Assembly (NCBI RefSeq): GCF_004010195.1
Contig: NC_057720.1
Location: 25,907,257 to 25,971,256 of the forward strand
Direction: 5' to 3'
DNA from: Chiloscyllium plagiosum
Taxonomy: Eukaryota
Length of the DNA: 64,000 bases
Shown: piece after piece, positions 24,925 through 37,909 of the stretch
How positions within the stretch are numbered: the first letter of the stretch is position 1
How the letters are laid out: each line of letters opens with the position of its first letter
The notes under the pieces: model-generated
What the model was told of the DNA's origin: nothing
What the model saw: the letters and a program-made list of their open reading frames with translations, nothing else
Databases searched by the model: none
Position numbers and translations under genes: made by a program

Positions 24925-25480
24925 CCTCCTGCATCTCTCACGTTACCTGGAGATCATGCTGGTCAGGGTGGTAAAGAAGTAGGACTTCCTCCTCCCCAGG
25001 TCAGCAGGGAAGGCCATGATACCAGACATGCCAGCCTGGTCTGAGCTTGCAACCCCGGGTAAGCACTCTCCACTCTCTGGAGGAATGCACAGCAATATTA
25101 GAAGAATGTCAATGATCTTTTCCACTCTGCCAGCATAAGTACCATCATCTCCTCTCTGATAATTGACAGTCACCCTCTCTCTGCCACTGCACTCACCTCC
25201 TACAACTCTCTCTATTGCCTACCCCATTTTCCTTTAGTCATTGTCAACCCTGATCTCCCTCCCACAACACCACTAACCCTGCATGCTCTCTGCATTGCCT
25301 ACTACACATTCAGGGCACTCACCCCCTTGTATCACAATTGCAACTGTGCAACACTCTTTCATTTCCCTTAATCCTTTCCACTGTTTCACTTAAGGGAGAA
25401 AGCACTTCCAGTAGACCAGAAAGAATCAAGTTGGGTGGGAAGCTGATTGACATTGAGCTCCTGAGCCATTCTGTGGAGGT
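24925..25480 (+). pseudogene. Decayed two-exon Myb/SANT-like ORF of Harbinger/PIF transposon type
   Basis: LEIMLVRVVKK*DFLLP..AWSELAT..WRNAQQY*KNVNDLFHSA, decayed donor ATAAGT at 25135, acceptor at 25394, then RPERIKLGGKLIDIELLS. Confidence 0.55.
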
Positions 25481-25979
25481 CATCCTGATTGCGGCTGGTT
25501 GACCATTTCCAAATCCCTGGACTGGTATTGGAATCTGTCCTGGGTGTATTGTGCCTGCAGCCCCTAAGCAAAGGCTCTCTCAGTTTTCGACAACCATAAC
25601 AGGCTTCCTTCCGTGTGTCTGCGCTAAACTGAAAAGCAAGGCAGAAGCAATAGGAGCTTGGTATCTCTGGCTAAGGTAGCAAAGCTAAGGCAGAAGTCCT
25701 ATGAGCATTGGTGTGAGTGAATACACTATGAGAGCAAACAAGAAGGTCAGAAATGCAATCTTGTTGCGTCCATGAGCTGCGTGCATATCTCTGAGTACAC
25801 AGTATCCTTGGTGCAGCGTTACAATGATAATATTTGTTGCAGTCCAAGATACAGCAATGAAGTTCAGGGCATCCTGTGAGTGATTTTCATTTAGGGTTTT
25901 TAGAGGCTGACACATGTCGAATGCCATGGATTGGGGTGCATGTGGCTGATGCCCATGAAGTGTGCTGTGAGATGTTGGC

Positions 25980-27562
25980 GAGGCATTGTCTCAGCTTGCT
26001 CCTGCCCCACTGAACTCAGCTCTACCTACCTCAACACTGTCCTATCCCCCCTAGTCCAGAAACTCCCCACATACGTTCAGGACACCACCCACGCCCTCCA
26101 CCTCCTCCAAGACGTCCGTTTCCCCGGCCCCCAATGCCTCATCTACACCATGGATATCCAATCCCTCTACACCTCCATCCGCCTGACCAGGGCCTCCAAA
26201 CCCTCCGTTTTTTCCTCTCCAGACGTCCCCATCAGTACCCTTCCACCGACACTCTCATTCTTTTGGCCGAACTGGTCCTCACCCTTAACAATTTCTCCTT
26301 TGAATCCTCCCACTTCCTCCAGACCAAAGGGGTAGCCATGGGCACACGTGTGGGCCCCAGCTATGCCTGTCTCTTTGTTGGCTACGTAGAGCAGTTGATC
26401 TTCCGTAATTACACCGGCACCACTCCCCACCTCTTCCTCCGCTACATTGATGACTGCATTGGCGCCACCTCGTGCTCCCGCGAGGAGGTTGAGCAATTAA
26501 TCAACTTCAGCAACACATTCCACCCTGACCTTAAATTCACCCGGACCATCTCTGACACCTCCCTCCCCTTCCTGGACCTCTCCATCTCCATTAATGACAA
26601 CCGACTTGATACCGACATTTTTTACAAACCCACCAACTCCCACAGCTACCTGGATTACACCCCTTCCCACCCTACCTCTTGCAAAAATGCCATCCCGTAT
26701 TCCCAATTCCTCCGCCTCCGCCAGATCTGCTCCCAGGAGGACCNNNNNNNNNNNNNNNNNNNNNNNNNNNNNNNNNNNNNNNNNNNNNNNNNNNNNNNNN
26801 NNNNNNNNNNNNNNNNNNNNNNNNNNNNNNNNNNNNNNNNNNNNNNNNNNNNNNNNNNNNNNNNNNNNNNNNNNNNNNNNNNNNNNNNNNNNNNNNNNNN
26901 NNNNNNNNNNNNNNNNNNNNNNNNNNNNNNNNNNNNNNNNNNNNNNNNNNNNNNNNNNNNNNNNNNNNNNNNNNNNNNNNNNNNNNNNNNNNNNNNNNNN
27001 NNNNNNNNNNNNNNNNNNNNNNNNNNNNNNNNNNNNNNNNNNNNNNNNNNNNNNNNNNNNNNNNNNNNNNNNNNNNNNNNNNNNNNNNNNNNNNNNNNNN
27101 NNNNNNNNNNNNNNNNNNNNNNNNNNNNNNNNNNNNNNNNNNNNNNNNNNNNNNNNNNNNNNNNNNNNNNNNNNNNNNNNNNNNNNNNNNNNNNNNNNNN
27201 NNNNNNNNNNNNNNNNNNNNNNNNNNNNNNNNNNNNNNNNNNNNNNNNNNNNNNNNNNNNNNNNNNNNNNNNNNNNNNNNNNNNNNNNNNNNNNNNNNNN
27301 NNNNNNNNNNNNNNNNNNNNNNNNNNNNNNNNNNNNNNNNNNNNNNNNNNNNNNNNNNNNNNNNNNNNNNNNNNNNNNNNNNNNNNNNNNNNNNNNNNNN
27401 NNNNNNNNNNNNNNNNNNCCCCACCCTCCCCTAGCTTATCTCTCCACGCTTCAGGCTCTCTGCCTTTATTCCTGATGAAGGGCTTTTGCCCGAAACCTCG
27501 ATTTCGCTGCTCGTTGGATGCTGCCTGAATTGCTGTGCTCTTCCAGCACCACTGATCCAGAA
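25980..27562 (+). mobile_element. 5'-truncated Penelope-like retroelement (RT to pLTR) with 14-bp TSD
   Basis: TMDIQSLYT, QTKGVAMGT, RYIDD, FLDL and KNAIPYSQFLRL; HHR at 27472-27499; TGTGAGATGTTGGC at 25966-25979 and 27563-27576. Confidence 0.92.
26744..27418. other. Assembly gap (675 N)
   Basis: Run of N. Confidence 1.
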
Positions 27563-28154
27563 TGTGAGATGTTGGCATCCACCGACCAACATGAAAGTCA
27601 TTTGGAGTTCTCTTGATGTCTAGCTTGTTTGCTTTAATGATAAGGTGGAAAACTGAATATTAAATCGAGAACTTGAGCTCCCAATGGAGTATTGACAAAA
27701 TAATAGTCAATATTCATTGGCAACTTACTGCTGCCTAGCAAGAAAGTCATCATACTGCTTGTAAAGAGCATAAAAGATAATCCAAGATGCTCCAAAAGTA
27801 GAGATCGGTATCATTGAATTTCTCGTCAAATTCTGCTCCTCATCTCACCGTAACCCGTATCACTCAGATTCTCCGAGAAGGGTCTGATTGTGCTCTTAGG
27901 TATCTTGACTTTCCTGTTCTTTTCCACTTTGCTTGGCTTTGCAATATATGCCTTTGCTATTCAACTTGCATTTCTAATATAAAACCTGTGCAATATTTTC
28001 ATCTCAACCCAGACTCTATAACCAATTCTGACATAGCTCTGACAATATCTTCTTTCATCATTCCATACGACACATAATCTCTTCTTAAAACTCCAAGATA
28101 GTCCCAAATCAGATGCTTATAAACTTTTGATACTGTTCCAAAACCTGTTATGCA

Positions 28155-29420
28155 CGTCAAAAGCAAAATGCTGGAGATGCTCAGATTTGAGATACAGAAA
28201 GAAAATGTTGGAAAATATCCATAAAGAGAAAAATAGTATTAACACTTCAGGATGATTATGTTTCATCAGAATTGGAAAACATTCTATGATGTAACATATT
28301 TTAAGTGAGCAGGGAACGAGCAAAATGGAGGATCTTTCGTTGAAAGTTAGAATGATTAGATTGCAAATAAGTAGTAATGGGACAAGTAAAGAAATGAAAG
28401 GTAGGCATAAAAGAAATGTGCATGACAATAGATGAACTATTATTAGCAGCATATGTCTGAGAAGAAGTAAGGTCAATGATTATGGTTAAAATCATTGAAC
28501 TCAATGGCGAATTCAAATGTTCGTCAAGTACCTAATCGATTGATTAGGTGCCATTCCTTGAGTTCAGTTAAGAGTCATTGAACAGTATTGGATACCAAGG
28601 TCAGGATGTCAGATTGAAAGTGGGACAGACAATTAAAATGGCAAACATTCGGATACCTCAAGCCTAACTTGTCAATTGAAAGATGCTCCACAAACTGGTC
28701 AGTAAACTGCATGTGGTATCCCCAATGTAGAAGAGATCTTATCATGAACAGAGAATGCAGTAGAATAAATTGAATAAATTAGGGGAGATGATGGGTCTAG
28801 TGGTATTATCACTGGACTATTAAATCATTGACGCAAGTAATGTTCTGAGGACCCTGGTTTGGATCTTGCCAAAGCAGATAAAGGAATTTGTAATCAATAA
28901 AAAATAAACTTGAATGAAGAGTCTAATAATGACCATGAAACTGTGGTCAGGAAAAACCCATCTGATTCAATAACGTCTTTTAGGGAAAGAAACTGCCATC
29001 TTTACCTATCTGGTCTACATGTGACTCCAGACCTGCAACGATGTGGTTGACTCTTAACTGCCCTCTGGGCAAGTAGGGATGGGTAATAAATGTTGGTTTG
29101 GCCAGTGGTGCCCACACCCTGTGAATAATTTTTTTATAAGATGTACTGTACAAGTAAATCACGTTTTTACCTGGAAGGAGTATGGGGCCATGGGAGATGT
29201 AAACAGAAGAGGTAAAGGAACAGAAGTTGCATCTCCTGTGCTTGCAAGGGAAGGTGCCCTGGGAACGGGAATGGCTAGGGTTTCTGAAGAGTGGATGAGG
29301 TATTTTAGACAGAAAAATTCATTTGAAATGCTGAATGATGAGAATATGGGAAGATGGGGTTGGTGGATGATACATTGAATGTAAAATGGTAAGTTAGAAG
29401 ATGAGGTTACGGAGAATCTC
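28155..29420 (-). mobile_element. Old PLE remnant (pLTR plus GIY-YIG) split by a SINE
   Basis: Decayed HHR at about 28238-28270; minus strand around 28710-28775 reads FYCILCS..LFYIGDT (GIY-YIG). Confidence 0.55.
28783..29135 (+). mobile_element. tRNA-derived SINE (same family as 21935)
   Basis: Head, CTACATGTGACTCCAGACC core and AGGGATGGGTAATAAATG tail. Confidence 0.78.
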
Positions 29421-31649
29421 ATCATGGCTCTAGAAGGGAGGAGAAGGGGTGAAAGCAGAAGTGTCAGAAATGAGACTTACATAATTATGGGCCCCATTAC
29501 CCTTCTCTCCAACCCCATCAACCTTTCACTTTCGCTGATTGTAGTAAATCTGCTACAGACCTATTTTTCCAATTCTGAACACAATCTTAATTCTGTTTCT
29601 CTCTCCACTGGTATTGCCTACCCTGCTGCTTGTTTTCTGTAATTTCTCTTTTAATTATTCATGTTTCGACAAAAAAAAAGTGTGGCATCTCCGCCAACAT
29701 AACGTCTGCATAATTTATTGAAGGTTCCTTAGCTGTTTACAGAACCCTGAATTACCTATGGACAGATTTTCACATGGCTGCCATTGAAACCTAAGCTTCT
29801 GTGCATTGGAATTTGTAGAACCAGAATTTGTATTTAGTTCTTTTCCCTCTTAGAGAGCCTTCCTGTTAAACCAGCAGAATTCTGTCGTTGTTAAGTCCTG
29901 CGATGGTATTTGTTGACTTAAACAAGTCCTGGAAAATGTCAGCCTAAAGCTGTTTCAGCAGCACAAAAAAAATCTCACCAATGTACCAAGAGACAACTCA
30001 GATCCAAATGCATAACTCAAGATTATTTATCCGTCTATTTACTCCTTAGGGATAAACATGGCTCGTATCACAAATCTACTTAGTCTTTGGCATTTACCCT
30101 GGTCCTTTTATTCTGCATCAGTGCCCTGAACAGATGGTGCAAAGTGTGCCACTGTTGCTATATAGACTGTGGCTAATGCTGAGATCTGTAACTCAAGCAG
30201 TGGAGAAGGGACCTGTAATGCAGAGAGAGCCAACTAACTTGGACACATTATAAATGATGATGATATAAGCTGTAAATGGGCATTATGTTCCCTTATCAGT
30301 TACTGTCATCCTGCTGTTTGATAAACAATAAACAAATTATTTCTCTATAGAATGCTGAAATAGAAATATTCCTCCTAAAACTTCACTGAGACACAATTAA
30401 TTATTTTGCTGTACTTGAGTCAATTATAGTAATGTGCCCTAATTTTATAAAAGGTAAGACTATCTACGAATCATTATGCACTGACGTTTCACTTCAACTG
30501 TAACCAATGAATCACTTCCATCTTTAAAAGTCATTTATTCAAGCTATCAAAATAATAATGAGAGGCCACTCTCCATTTGCTATTCATTCAGTTCCTAACC
30601 ACATCCTTCTTGTTATAAAGCTGAATATCAGAGGCTACAAAACAAAGGCAGTGTATTGAAATACAAGGACAACAGTTTATCTCTCACTCAGTACTGTCAA
30701 GACCACTTAAAATGTTGCAGATCAGTCTGACACCACCAAGCAAAGCATTATCTCACACTAAATGTAATCAGGTCTTTTTTAGTGACAGCTACACTATAAG
30801 CCATGCAATTAAAAACAAACATTTCTGTTCCAGACACCACATATATATAAAGGACTAGCAAATATAGCACTTGGTTACAAAACAAACAATCTGGGGATAA
30901 TTTAATGTCTGTGTAATTATTCAAAAAAGTGATAGATTTTTATTGGATGTCAACTTAAGTGAGACACCAGTTTTCCAATGCTTGTCCTACACTATCACAA
31001 AATCAAACCTTTGTCCTTCCTTCTGAGCCCTGCTGAAAATACGAATCTTGTCGCATGTGCCTAAGCAGACTTCAGTAACAGGAAAGAAAAGAAATATTGA
31101 CAGGCTTGGCTTCTTGTTATAAATCCTGTGGAGATGGAGTACATTCCACCAGGGGAGGCATTTTTGAAAAACTCAGTTTGTTTGGTGGTCAGAAATTATG
31201 CTTTGCCAGCTGCCTCCATTCATGAGCTGACAAATCGATAAAGGAGGTCCTTTAAAATATGTCAGGTCTTTTATTTTCTATGGACCTCGTACTTGTTCTA
31301 GGCATCCATGTCAATCATATCCTATAGGTTCTGTGCATTAAAAGTATCTGCTTGAGTTCTCTTTTTAATTCCGACTAATATTTAAATTGCTTTCCAATAG
31401 TGTTGGAAGCATCACTAGATTGAGCAGCTTGCCTGGATTCAGTTTGTCAGTTCCCTTGATGAATTCAACTGTGACTCCACCAGTTCTTCTCTGCAAGACA
31501 GATAAACCGACGATTTAGCAAATACATGCCAGGTGGACCACAATGTACAACTCATAAAGTTACAGGCAAATGGAATATATGGAAATTGTTTAATGCATTT
31601 TGTTTGAACGTGGTATTACAATGTTGCCCATGGCTAAACAGATAGTGAA

Positions 31650-32030
31650 ATTGACCTTACAGAGATCTATAAAATCTTGAGAGGCATGGATAAGGTAAAT
31701 AGACAAGGTCTTTTTTCCTGGGCTGGGGGAGTCCAAAACTAGACAGCACTGGTTTAAGGTGAGAGGGGAAAGATTCAAAAGGGACCTAAGGGGCAATTTT
31801 TTCACGCAAAGAGTGATGTGTGTATGGAATGAGCTGCCAGAGGAAGTAGTGGAGGCTGGTACACTTACAGCATTACAAAGACATCTGAATGGGTATATGA
31901 GTAAGAAGGGCTCAGAGGGATATGGGCCAAATGCTGGCAAATGGGACTAGATTAATTTAGGATATATGGTTGGCAATGATGAGTTGAACCGAAGGGTCTA
32001 TTTCCGGGCTATATAGCTCTATCTCTCTAA
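31650..32030 (+). mobile_element. CR1 3' fragment
   Basis: GERFKRDLRGNFFTQRV..WNELPEEVVEAG. Confidence 0.85.
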
Positions 32031-32194
32031 GTTCAGTGCTCATCCACACAGTCTACGAAAGCCCATGTTAGTATTTCCTTTTCTGATCTCAACCAGAATA
32101 ACAGTGAAGAGACTATAATTGGTCTCCATGTTTCTGAGGTAGGGCATCTGATTGCTCAAAATGGTCTCAAAAACTAATGAAGAAAGGCCACTGG

Positions 32195-33420
32195 GGTGAG
32201 ACTTGAATAAGTTTTTTGAAGAGGTGACAAGGACAATTGATGAGGGAAGGGAAGAAGATGTTGTCTATATAAGACTTTAGTAAGACATTTGATAAGGTAC
32301 TTCTTCACAGGCTGGTACAAAAGGTAGAGTTGCATGGGATCCAGGATGAGCTAGCTAGATGGATACAAAACTGGTTTGGTCATAGAAGACAGATAGTTGT
32401 GGTAGAAGAGTGTTTTTTGGGTTGGAGATCAGTAACTAGTGGTATTCTGCAGGGATCAGTTTTGGGACCATTGTTGTTTGTAATACGTATAAATGATCGG
32501 GAGGAAAATGTAGGTTGCCTGATTAGCGCATTTGCAGATGACATCAAAATTGGCAAAGCTGAAGATAGTGAGAAGGATTGTCAAAAGATACAGCAGGATA
32601 TAGATAGATTGAAGATTGGAGTATAATCCAGACAACGTGAGGTAATTCATTTTGGACGCTCAAATTCAGGTGTGAATTATATAATAAATGGCAGAGTTCT
32701 TAGGAGTGTTGATATGCAGAGGGATCTGGGCATACAGCTCCACAAATCCCTAAAAGTGGCAACACAGGTGGATAAAGTGTTTAAGAAGGCATACAGCACA
32801 CCTGCCTTCACTGACCGGGGCGTCGAATATAAAAGTTGGCAAGTTATGTTACCGGCGTATAAAACATTCAATGAGTCATATTTGGAAAATTGCATGCAGG
32901 TTCTGGTCGCCACACTATCAGAGTGACATGGATGCTTTGGAGAGGGTGCAGAGAAGATTTACCAGGATGTTGCCTGGTCTTGAGAGTTTTAGTTATGAGG
33001 AGAGGTTGGATAAACTCAGGTTGTTTTCACTGGAAAGATGGAGGCTGAGGGGTGACCTGACAGAGTTCTACAAATGTATGAAAAGCATAGACAGGGTGGA
33101 TTGTCAGTGGCTTTTTCTCAGGATGGAAAGGCCAACTACAAGAGGGCACAGTTTCAAGGTGAGAAGGGGAAGGTTTAGGGGAGAAGTGCAGGGAAACCTC
33201 TTCCAGGTGGGTGCCTGGAATGTACTGCCAGTGGAAGTGGTGGAAGCAGGAATGTTAGCAGCATTTAAGATGTATATTGATAGATACATGAACAAGGCCG
33301 AATAAAGGGATAGAAACCGAGTATTGGTAATAGGTAGTGAGTCTAAATAATTATGAGAAATCAGCGCAGGCTTGGTGAGCCGAAGGGCCCCTTCCTGTGT
33401 TGTATTGTCCTTTCTATTTT
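32195..33420 (+). mobile_element. 5'-truncated CR1 (RT to 3' end)
   Basis: GILQGSVLGP, AFADD, LERVQRRFTRMLPG. Confidence 0.88.
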
Positions 33421-33424
33421 GTTC

Positions 33425-35030
33425 ACTCTCAGGCTGTGCCTTCAGGTCCTGGTCTGCCTTACTATTGGAAATATCTTTTCATCATCCACTCTATCTCAGT
33501 GTTACGTAACTTGCAATCAGATTCCATCTTCATACTTCTAAACTTCAGAGTCCTCAACCACTTCTCATATGACATGCCCTTCATTCTCAGGATCATTCTT
33601 GTAAACCTTCTCTGGGCCCCCCCTTCAATGCAGCACATCCTTCCTGAGGCACAGGGCCCAAAACTGCTCACAACATTCCAAATGCATCTGACCAGAGCTT
33701 TATATGGCCTCAGCACTACATCTCTGCTCTTCTCTTTTAACCCTTCTGAAATGAATGCTAATATTTCATTTGCCAACTGAACCTGTATGTAAACCTTAAG
33801 AGAATCCTGAACTAGAATTCCCAAGTCCCTTTGTGCTTCAGATTTCTGAAGCCTTTCTCCATTCAGAAAATAATCTAAGCCTCTATTCTTCTAACCAAAG
33901 TGTACAACCTCAAATTTCCAACAGTGCATCTGTTACTTTTTTGGTGATTCTTGTAACTTCTGCAATCTCTCTGATTCCTCAACACAACCTGCCCCTCCAC
34001 CTATCTTTCTGTGACCTGCAAACCTAGCAACAGTGCACTCAATTCCTTAATGTACAATGTGAATATTGTGGTCCCAATACGGAACCCTGCAGAACTCTAC
34101 TAATTGCAGGCTGCTTTCCTGAAAAAGCCCCTTTATTCTTATTCTCTGCCTTCTACCAGTCAGCCAATCCTCTATCCATGCCAGAAACCTGTTACCAACA
34201 CCATGAACTCTTATCTTGTTTAGCAGCTTCCTGTGCAGCACTTTGTCAAAGGTTTCTGGAAATCCAAATAGATCACATACAACAGCTCTCCTTTGCCTAA
34301 CTTATTCATTATCTCCTCAACGAATTCTAACAGATTTGTCAGACATGACCTCCCCTTGATAAGGCCCTATTTTGCCATGCACTTCCGAGTGCTCCACACC
34401 CTTAAAAATGAACTCTAAAACTTTACAAACGATGGAGCTCAGGCTAACCAGCCTATAGTTTCCTGTCTTCTTCTTGTTCCTTAGGGGGATCTACCATAAG
34501 CTGCACCAAAAAGAAATAGCCTAGATATTCCATAAATTCCTTTTCTTGAGATTTGCTACCAACTTGATTTTCCCAGTCCACCAGCATGTTGAAGTCCCCC
34601 ATGATTATTCTAATCGTGCCTTTCTAACATACTTTTTCTATCTCCTGATTTATTTTCATCCCCACATCCTGAATACTGTGAGGAGGCCTGCATACCACTC
34701 CCAATAGGGTTTTTTTCTTTCCTTTGTGTTCCTCAACCCTACCCACATGGATATATCACATCTTAGTATCAATTTAATTTCATTTCTTATTTATAAGGCA
34801 ACCCTATCCTCTTTGTCCATCTGCCCGTCCTTTCGACAACACATGCATTCTTGGATATTTAGTTCCCAGCCCTGACCCCTTTGCAGCCACGCTTCTGTGA
34901 TACTCACAATGTCATCCATGCCAACTTCAAACTGAGCTACAAGCTCATTAGACTGTGTGCATTGAAGTACAATACGCTCCTGCATTGACTACTCCCTTCT
35001 CATAGTTGTCCCCTTATCTGCTGTGCATTA
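33425..35030 (-). mobile_element. Fragmented CR1 (APE and RT pieces)
   Basis: SITEAWLQ, LAWIEDWLTGRRQR, QRRFTRMI. Confidence 0.8.
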
Positions 35031-35054
35031 CCCTTTCCATATTCTCTGTCCAAT

Positions 35055-35146
35055 TACAAAAACAGAAAATGCTGGAAAAGCTCAGCAGGTTTGGCAGCTT
35101 CTGTGAAGAGAAATCAGAGTCAACATTTCAGGTCCAGTGACCCTTG
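35055..35146 (-). mobile_element. PLE pLTR end (family of 19765)
   Basis: GCTGGAAAAGCTCAGCAGGTTTGGCAGC..CAACATTTCAGGTCCAGTGACCCT, with a partial HHR. Confidence 0.6.
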
Positions 35147-35989
35147 AAGCTTATTGATCTTACCATTCATTAACAATTTTAAACTGCAAATTCATGTGTG
35201 CACAGTGGCTGGTTTTCCAAACATTAATCTAAATCATCAGTGTAGACCTTGCTTGAACTTCTGTTGTGCTTTCCTGAAGAGTAAAATGTCCCATTGGCAA
35301 CACAAAGCTGGAACATTATTTCTTCTGTGAGTATCTGATAACCAGTGTGTAGAAGTTAAACTAGAAACACCTTGAAGGGACTCACTGGACTGCTCCTGTA
35401 AAAGAGCGTGAAGCAGGAAATGAAAGGCAACATATATAAAATGCAGTAAAATGTCCCAAGGCACTCATTGCTCTAAGCTAATTAAATGAAGCACTGCTTC
35501 ACTGAGCTTTAGAAGAATGGAATATAATCCCCTCAACCTTTCTGAAATATTCCTTTTATCTTCAGCACATTTGTGTAATATTTGCTATCCTTTGCATTGT
35601 ATGCAACTGAAATGTTCATCATTACTGAACAAATATCACTATGATCAGCTAAGTTTCTACAGCGAGGTTACAAAATCCAAGCACTGAGAATCATTTCTGC
35701 TGCAGATTTGTGTGCAGTGTTTTTCGAAACGTTGTCAGACAGCTGGAAAGGATAGGAGGGGATGCTAAAAGAATTAAGAACAAAAGATTAAATGTCCGCT
35801 TTTATAGGTAGGAGGATGCAGGAAAGGAAAGGTCTGGAAATGACATCCTCTGCTGTTTTAGCTGTGGCAACAGCCTGTTTAAAATGAATGGGGTAATGCT
35901 TCCTTGAAATATATTGCTCCTCCTTAGGGACCCATGGCATGAAGTCACAACCATGTGGTTCTGGAGACTGACTTTCTTGCCAGAATGTG

Positions 35990-36385
35990 GGCAGTGCTGA
36001 CAGGATCAACATTTGTTGCCCACCTAATACTGTCCTTGAAACAAATGGCTTGCTCAGCCCTTCTAGAGAACAGTTATTAGTCAACCACAGTGCTCTGGGG
36101 CTGGAGTCATATGTAGACCAGACCAGATCAGAATGGCAGATCCCTTTCCACAAATTAAATCATTGAAAAAGATTGGTTTTTGCAAACATCATTAATGATT
36201 TCAAAGTCCAATGTATATAAAATTATGTACTTTATAAAGTATAACATTTGATTTTATAATTATAAAGCATGTACATTCCAGAATTAAGACTTGAATTTAA
36301 ATTCCACTCACTGTCATGGTGGGACATTCATCTCGACCATTAGCTTACTAGGCCAATTATATTACCATTACGTTGCAATCTCCCC
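35990..36385 (-). mobile_element. tRNA-derived SINE (family of 21935)
   Basis: GTCAACCACAGTGC..CTGGAGTCATATGTAGACC antisense core. Confidence 0.7.
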
Positions 36386-37587
36386 CAGAGCATGAAAGAG
36401 ATGCTGTCGTACACCATTAAGTTTTATTTGTTAATTTTCCAGTTTCCCATTTATTAGGCTACAGTTTTCCTCTGTTCTTTGTCTGATCACTAGGGGGTGT
36501 AAGAGGACAAAGCTTATTAATGGTCTTTTTGATCTTCCTTGCAAGAGTTTAAAACTTCTGATCATCTTCATCTGAGGATATTGTTATACAGATGCTCAGA
36601 GGCATAATTTAATTTGGTGCTACCCATTGGACATGCAAATAAGCTTTCTGCAGATCTCTGGTAGTTTACTGAATTGGCAATAACTTACGCTGTCATATGC
36701 ATGCAACTATTATGCTGCTTGGGGAACAAATTGGACTGTTCAGTAAATACTGTGAACCAATTCTAAAAATCACAAGTGCTTTATCGTGTCCCTGTTCTAG
36801 GAGGTTACTGTTTTCATATCTTCACACTTCTCGCCTACAGAATGATTCAAAGTAAATTGCAGGATTTTTGGGCTGGTTAACTGTCTGACAGACCATGACG
36901 AGAATATGCCTTCCTACCTGCCATTTGTGTAGTTTTACCTATCTTTATACCAGCCAACTGGATAGTTAAGTCTGTACAGAAAGTACAGGTCTCCCACAAC
37001 AATGAATGAGGTGTCGGGATTGTAAGTGGCCTGTTAAACTTACGAACAAAATGGACTAAAATTGTAAATGGCTTCATGTGGGTCACGTTGATTTCAGCAA
37101 ATGTAGTTGCCAGGTTAAAGTGCCTTTGTGTTTAAAATACTGAATAATTGCTACTAAAGAAAACAAAACAAAAGATTTTCACTTACAAGATTCTTATCAA
37201 AAGGTTTACCATGTTTTTGTTGTTTGCTAGTTACTCGAACTTTGGAACAATTACTGAGTTGTTGTTATGTTCAAAAGCAACTTATTTATTAAGTAACACT
37301 GAAGTATATACAGCTCCACATGGCTAGGCCTTGCACTACTAAAATAATGATAATTTTGTTGATTTTGTCATCATGTGCACTCCTAACACATCCTTATGGA
37401 AGATGATATTCACTCAGTCTCCACGTTAATACTTAGAAATATTGTATAAGGCATTTTAGCATCTGAAGGGTTTAAATGTCATCACAGGAAAAGCTCCACC
37501 CATTAGGTTATGAAGGATTGTTCCTCAAGATGCTAACCATGTGACTAAGTTGTTTGATTGTCTCTTCATTGTGCACCAGAATATTTG

Positions 37588-37909
37588 ATTAGATTACCTA
37601 CAGTATGGAAACAGGCCCTTTGGCCCAACAAATCCACACCGACCCTCCAAAGAGTAACCCACCCAGATCCATTCCCCTATTCTATATTAACTCCTGACTA
37701 ATTAACACTATGGGCAATTTACCACAGCCAATTCATCTGGCCTGCATATCTTTGAATTGTGGGAGGAAGCCAGAACACTGGGAGGAAACTCACATAGACA
37801 CAGGGAGAATGTACAAATTTCACACAGACAGTCGCCCGAGGCAGGAATTGAACTCAGGTCTCTGGCACCATGAGGCAGCAGTGCTAACCTCTGAGCTATC
37901 ATGCCACCC
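37588..37909 (-). mobile_element. V-domain SINE (HE1-like)
   Basis: Antisense of head, V domain and tail. Confidence 0.85.
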
